Assembly (NCBI GenBank): GCA_043778225.1
Contig: JAYWGM010000032.1
Coordinates: 1 to 64,000, forward strand
Direction: 5' to 3'
Length of the DNA: 64,000 nt
Source: Deinococcales bacterium
GTDB taxonomy: Bacteria; Deinococcota; Deinococci; Deinococcales; JAAFIG01
Positions within the stretch are counted from its first letter, which is position 1, and every line of letters starts with the position of its first letter. Below the pieces are notes generated by a model. The model was not told where the DNA came from. It ran no database searches and was given only the letters and a program-made list of their open reading frames with translations. The position numbers and the translations under genes are program-made. Positions 60,389-64,000 of this stretch are shown in pieces.

Positions 60389-61624
60389 TTAAAAACTTAA
60401 ACTCAGCCCAAAACGAATCTGAATTCCAAACACCCCACTTGGATTGAGGCTCGAGCCTAACGCACCATAGTTCAAACCAGCATTGGCTTTGAAACTTAGA
60501 CCATCCGCCAGTGTGTAACTTAAATTCGGTGCGAAAACCCCACTTCCATCGGTCAGGCTTTGAACCCAAGCCGCACTGAGGCTGGTGCGATTATCGAGGG
60601 CATAACTAGCAATGAGCGCCGCGTTAATGCAAAATAAATCGGCTTGATTCATTTCTCCTTTTTGCCATCGTAAATTCAGAATTCCAGTCAAACCAATTTC
60701 AGCAACTCGAGCTTCGGCTTGGGCTGTAAAAGCAAAAGCATGATTGCCAATCTCAGGATTTGTACCATTAGGGTCTTGGGTAAAGGTATACGACGTTTCG
60801 GCACGCACCGCAATTTCACCAAGGCTGATGTTCGTTTCTAAGCCAAGCACATGAATCCAATCGTAATTAAATACGGGCTGCACAATGAATTCGCCTGCTT
60901 GCGCCGTGGGCAATAACCGAATTGTGGGTGTGGGTGTGTGCCGAAACCCACCGTAAAAACTAAGGCTAAAATCTGCCCCATCAAACACATTAAGGTTACT
61001 CGAGAAACGCAGCCCATACTGCGTATTTTCAAGCCGAGCGGTAGGGCGATTATCCAGTACAGGATTCTGTCCGACAATGGTTACTCCCGGCGGTGGGGTT
61101 GGGGCTGGCAAGGCAAATACGGGCAGCACACTTGGGGTAAATCCTGGCGCAAGCACACCCTCGAGACGGGTATCATCCGAAAAATTCCAGATGGCACGAA
61201 TGGCAGGAATCGCAATTTGAGTTTGGGTGGTTAAATCTGACGGATTGAGATTACTGACCGAACCCAGTACATCCACTGCGCCCCAGTTCATCAGTAAATT
61301 CCCAGCGCTCAAATCAAAAGCACCAACATAAGCCGTGATGAACGTTTCGCCTAAAGTTACTCGAGTTGTACTGGTTATGGCATCGAAGTTTGATCGCAAA
61401 TTAGCATTAAAAGCAGCCGTAGGGGAATCTTCTGCGCCGAGTGAACCCGAGAATTTCAGGGTAAAAGCCGTGTTGCCCAGTACCGCACCACTCGAGACCA
61501 ACCCGAATTGTGCCTCGAGAATACCGCCGATAGAGAACCGAAAATTACTTTGAGCATCCTCGGTTTGAGCCAAGCCACTCGAGCAGAACAGCAAAGCAAC
61601 CAGCATTAACACTATTTTACGCAT
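60389..61624 (-). CDS. Putative outer-membrane beta-barrel (DUF1302-like)
   Basis: Signal peptide, G...NWGAVD, NLNPSD, terminal Phe; context. Confidence 0.6.
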   Translation of the reverse strand: MRKIVLMLVALLFCSSGLAQTEDAQSNFRFSIGGILEAQFGLVSSGAVLGNTAFTLKFSGSLGAEDSPTAAFNANLRSNFDAITSTTRVTLGETFITAYVGAFDLSAGNLLMNWGAVDVLGSVSNLNPSDLTTQTQIAIPAIRAIWNFSDDTRLEGVLAPGFTPSVLPVFALPAPTPPPGVTIVGQNPVLDNRPTARLENTQYGLRFSSNLNVFDGADFSLSFYGGFRHTPTPTIRLLPTAQAGEFIVQPVFNYDWIHVLGLETNISLGEIAVRAETSYTFTQDPNGTNPEIGNHAFAFTAQAEARVAEIGLTGILNLRWQKGEMNQADLFCINAALIASYALDNRTSLSAAWVQSLTDGSGVFAPNLSYTLADGLSFKANAGLNYGALGSSLNPSGVFGIQIRFGLSLSF

Positions 61625-61634
61625 AACAAAATCC

Positions 61635-62384
61635 TTATGGTTGTTTCAAAAATCGTTCTGTGAAGACACTATCGGCTATTTGTACGTCCATTTCGATACT
61701 GGTTTGCTTGAAGGTACTTTTTGAACCTTGTGAAATGGTTTCCATCGAAAGCGATTTAATGACGTTATAACCTTTGACTACAACCATCTCGAGGGCGCGA
61801 AGGGTCTTAAAAACCTTATCGCCCTTGTAGTAATCGGTTTTTAGGGTGTTTAGGGTTTTATTCTCGATTTCAAAAACAATTTTGTCGTAACTGTTGCCTT
61901 TTTTAGCTTTGGCTTCGATAATGTATTTGTCATTGTCACTCGAGAGTAAGTTGTAATTGAAGTCCTTGATGTCTGAGCGTCCAAGGTCGCAGTAACTAAA
62001 GTCCGAGCCAAAAAATGCCCCGTCGCAGTCGCTCGAGTCGCCGCCGCCTGTGGCTAGTCGGCGGGTTCGCCCTAGGGCGGGTAAGTACAGCAGTGTTTCG
62101 GTTACACCATTTTTCTTGATGCTAAGTATCCCACTGCCTTTAATATCGGCGGGCGCAAGGAATTTTATCAAACTGCGGTCATTACTTGCCCATGATTTCA
62201 TGGTGCGCGACAGGGTTTGACCATTTTTACTAATCTCGAGGTTCAGTGTACCAATGCTGGATTTTGGCGTTGGGCGGTCATAGGCGGCTTGCATCACCTC
62301 GAGTCCAGTCTTGTAGCTTTGGTTCTGGGCGAGGGCTAATGCGCCAATGGTGGCGATAATGGTGGTAATAACGATTTTTTTCAT
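61635..62384 (-). CDS. Outer-membrane lipoprotein-sorting (LolA-like) protein
   Basis: FLAPADIKGSG, LYLPALGRTRR, FFGSDFSY, FTERFL. Confidence 0.85.
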   Translation of the reverse strand: MKKIVITTIIATIGALALAQNQSYKTGLEVMQAAYDRPTPKSSIGTLNLEISKNGQTLSRTMKSWASNDRSLIKFLAPADIKGSGILSIKKNGVTETLLYLPALGRTRRLATGGGDSSDCDGAFFGSDFSYCDLGRSDIKDFNYNLLSSDNDKYIIEAKAKKGNSYDKIVFEIENKTLNTLKTDYYKGDKVFKTLRALEMVVVKGYNVIKSLSMETISQGSKSTFKQTSIEMDVQIADSVFTERFLKQP

Positions 62385-62395
62385 GAGTTTTTCCT

Positions 62396-63640
62396 TTACT
62401 TACTTGCCATGACAATGCCAAGGCACATTTCATCGGTGGTGGCTTCTGCCCACATCACATATTTGGGATTGGTGGCTTTTTCACCAATGATTGGTTGATT
62501 CTCAACTGAGTTATCAAATACACAAGTGGTGCGAATGACATCGTTGGGTTTAATTTCTACTGGTGTTCTAAACCAGTAATTGCCTTGCCAGTGATAATCC
62601 CATTTTGGAATGTGCAACAAGGTTTTGGCGCTGCTGGTATCGGGGTTCAGTTCGATTTTGATGCTCTTTGCCAGTAAGTGCATATGTCCACCTATCGAAT
62701 AGAGGGTGGTGGCGGCTCGAGTTTGTTGGTCGCAAGTGCTAATCACATTGCTGGCATCTCCGACTGGTTTTTGGTACTGTTCGGCAGTTTGTCCACACAG
62801 TTGCAGAATGCCATTGGGCAAGAAAGAACCCGCCAGTACGCCGGCTCGAGCCACATTTTCACGAATCGTATTTTCTCGAGTACAAGTAGGTGTTTTGATA
62901 TTATCAGGACATTTTATTTCGACAGGGGCAACTTGTAATTGGGATTTAATGGCGGTCAGTTGTTTGCCTTCTGGGGCAATGCTTATTTTAACTTTGGATT
63001 GGTCAGAGCCAATGCCGTTATTGAGGTTGTAATGCACTTCCATGACAATCAAAGAATCTTTTGGCATGGGGTTGCCGATACCATCTGGAAAATGACCATC
63101 GCCTGCGCCAGGAACCCAAACGCTTAACCAATTACCGCCAGCCGTTCCGTTCTGAGGATTATCCACTTCGAGTCCAGGACCTCCAAAACAACTCCAGCCT
63201 TTGCCTTGGGTGGCTTTGTCCTTGGCGAGGACACTGGCGGCTTGGTTGGGTTCGATTTTATACAAAATCGCATGATGCACAATTTTTCGGTTTCCGGGAA
63301 TAATTTCTACGCCAGTCACCATTACATCGCGCTTGAACTTGGGATTAACCAAAAAGCACTGGTAAACATCTAATGACTTCGTACCATCTGGGGTGAATGG
63401 CACTTCGGAGACATCAAACTCGAGTGTTTCATCGCCGTTAGCGGCATACGCATTGGAAAGCGAAATTGGGAAATCCGATAATGCCTGAAATTGTCCTTGT
63501 CCACGGTGATTATTTCCAACCTGCGCCGCCCCGAGATTCAAACGAATCTGCGAGGTCTGAGCCAAAAATGCGATACCAGTCACACCGAGTGTCAGTGCGG
63601 TTAAACCTCGTGTCCAACGCCAAATTTGTTTAGGATTCAT
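62396..63640 (-). CDS. Copper type II (PHM/DBH-like) monooxygenase-domain protein
   Basis: VHHAIL, MEVHY, GHMHLL, WDYHWQ, DEMC. Confidence 0.8.
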   Translation of the reverse strand: MNPKQIWRWTRGLTALTLGVTGIAFLAQTSQIRLNLGAAQVGNNHRGQGQFQALSDFPISLSNAYAANGDETLEFDVSEVPFTPDGTKSLDVYQCFLVNPKFKRDVMVTGVEIIPGNRKIVHHAILYKIEPNQAASVLAKDKATQGKGWSCFGGPGLEVDNPQNGTAGGNWLSVWVPGAGDGHFPDGIGNPMPKDSLIVMEVHYNLNNGIGSDQSKVKISIAPEGKQLTAIKSQLQVAPVEIKCPDNIKTPTCTRENTIRENVARAGVLAGSFLPNGILQLCGQTAEQYQKPVGDASNVISTCDQQTRAATTLYSIGGHMHLLAKSIKIELNPDTSSAKTLLHIPKWDYHWQGNYWFRTPVEIKPNDVIRTTCVFDNSVENQPIIGEKATNPKYVMWAEATTDEMCLGIVMASK

Positions 63641-63648
63641 ACATGACC

Positions 63649-64000
63649 TCACTTTCTAGGAGCGCGTCCGAGTGGCGCTTTGGCTTTCGCCCAATCTTCA
63701 AGAATTTTTTTGGATGCAATTCCAAGCCGACGTTCGTTATAAAATGGTTGTGAATCACGACTAGGTGGGAATGGTGGCATATATTCTTCTCGAGTCACCT
63801 CGGCAATTTCGTTGGCGCGTAAAACTGCGTCCTTAGGGTTGTCCAAGGCAAACGGGGCGATACCCCCAGCCACATGGCACGACACACAGTTTTTCTCGAG
63901 AATTGGTTGGACATCCACGTAATAGGTTGGAATGTACGCACTTTGAGCGCGTCCGAGCGTACCCAGTAAGGCAAGAATGGCGAGACTACTGACAGAAACG
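63649..64000 (-). CDS. Small cytochrome c-like protein (5' end outside the window)
   Basis: PTYYVDVQPILEKNCVSCH..GGIAPF..MPP; the frame stays open with a hydrophobic leader to the window end. Confidence 0.75.
   Translation of the reverse strand, partial: VSVSSLAILALLGTLGRAQSAYIPTYYVDVQPILEKNCVSCHVAGGIAPFALDNPKDAVLRANEIAEVTREEYMPPFPPSRDSQPFYNERRLGIASKKILEDWAKAKAPLGRAPRK

Overview
Chromosomal window from a bacterium most consistent with Deinococcota (inferred from protein likeness and many apparently leaderless genes). From left to right: (1) a ~15 kb phosphonate locus with phnCDE-GHIJKLM, a hexapeptide acyltransferase and a PTP-family phosphatase on the minus strand, and a divergent LacI regulator followed by a second phnCDE-phnM. 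Its PhnJ is full length but lacks three of the four Cys residues required for radical-SAM C-P cleavage. (2) YceI, two DM13 proteins, TetR, an SDR, etfBA, and a dCTP deaminase split by an HNH-containing intein. (3) rpsB-tsf-pyrH, then trpE and trpG separated by a REP-associated tyrosine transposase and a HIT gene, with a WWW leader-peptide attenuator upstream and many GTAG REP copies nearby. (4) lon, YihY, a PadR module, a duplicated promoter-terminator unit, acetoacetate-CoA ligase, a Rieske oxygenase, R2lox, xisHI, an AddB-like gene with recN, deoD and cax. (5) An ~8.7 kb element integrated in tRNA-Val(CAC), carrying a Rep_trans-type initiator, a PIN toxin-antitoxin pair, a regulatory switch, orphan ORFs and a tyrosine integrase. 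(6) An envelope cluster with a PHM-like copper monooxygenase and a separate cytochrome c gene. CTCGAG is hugely over-represented throughout. All calls were made by eye from motifs; no searches were run.
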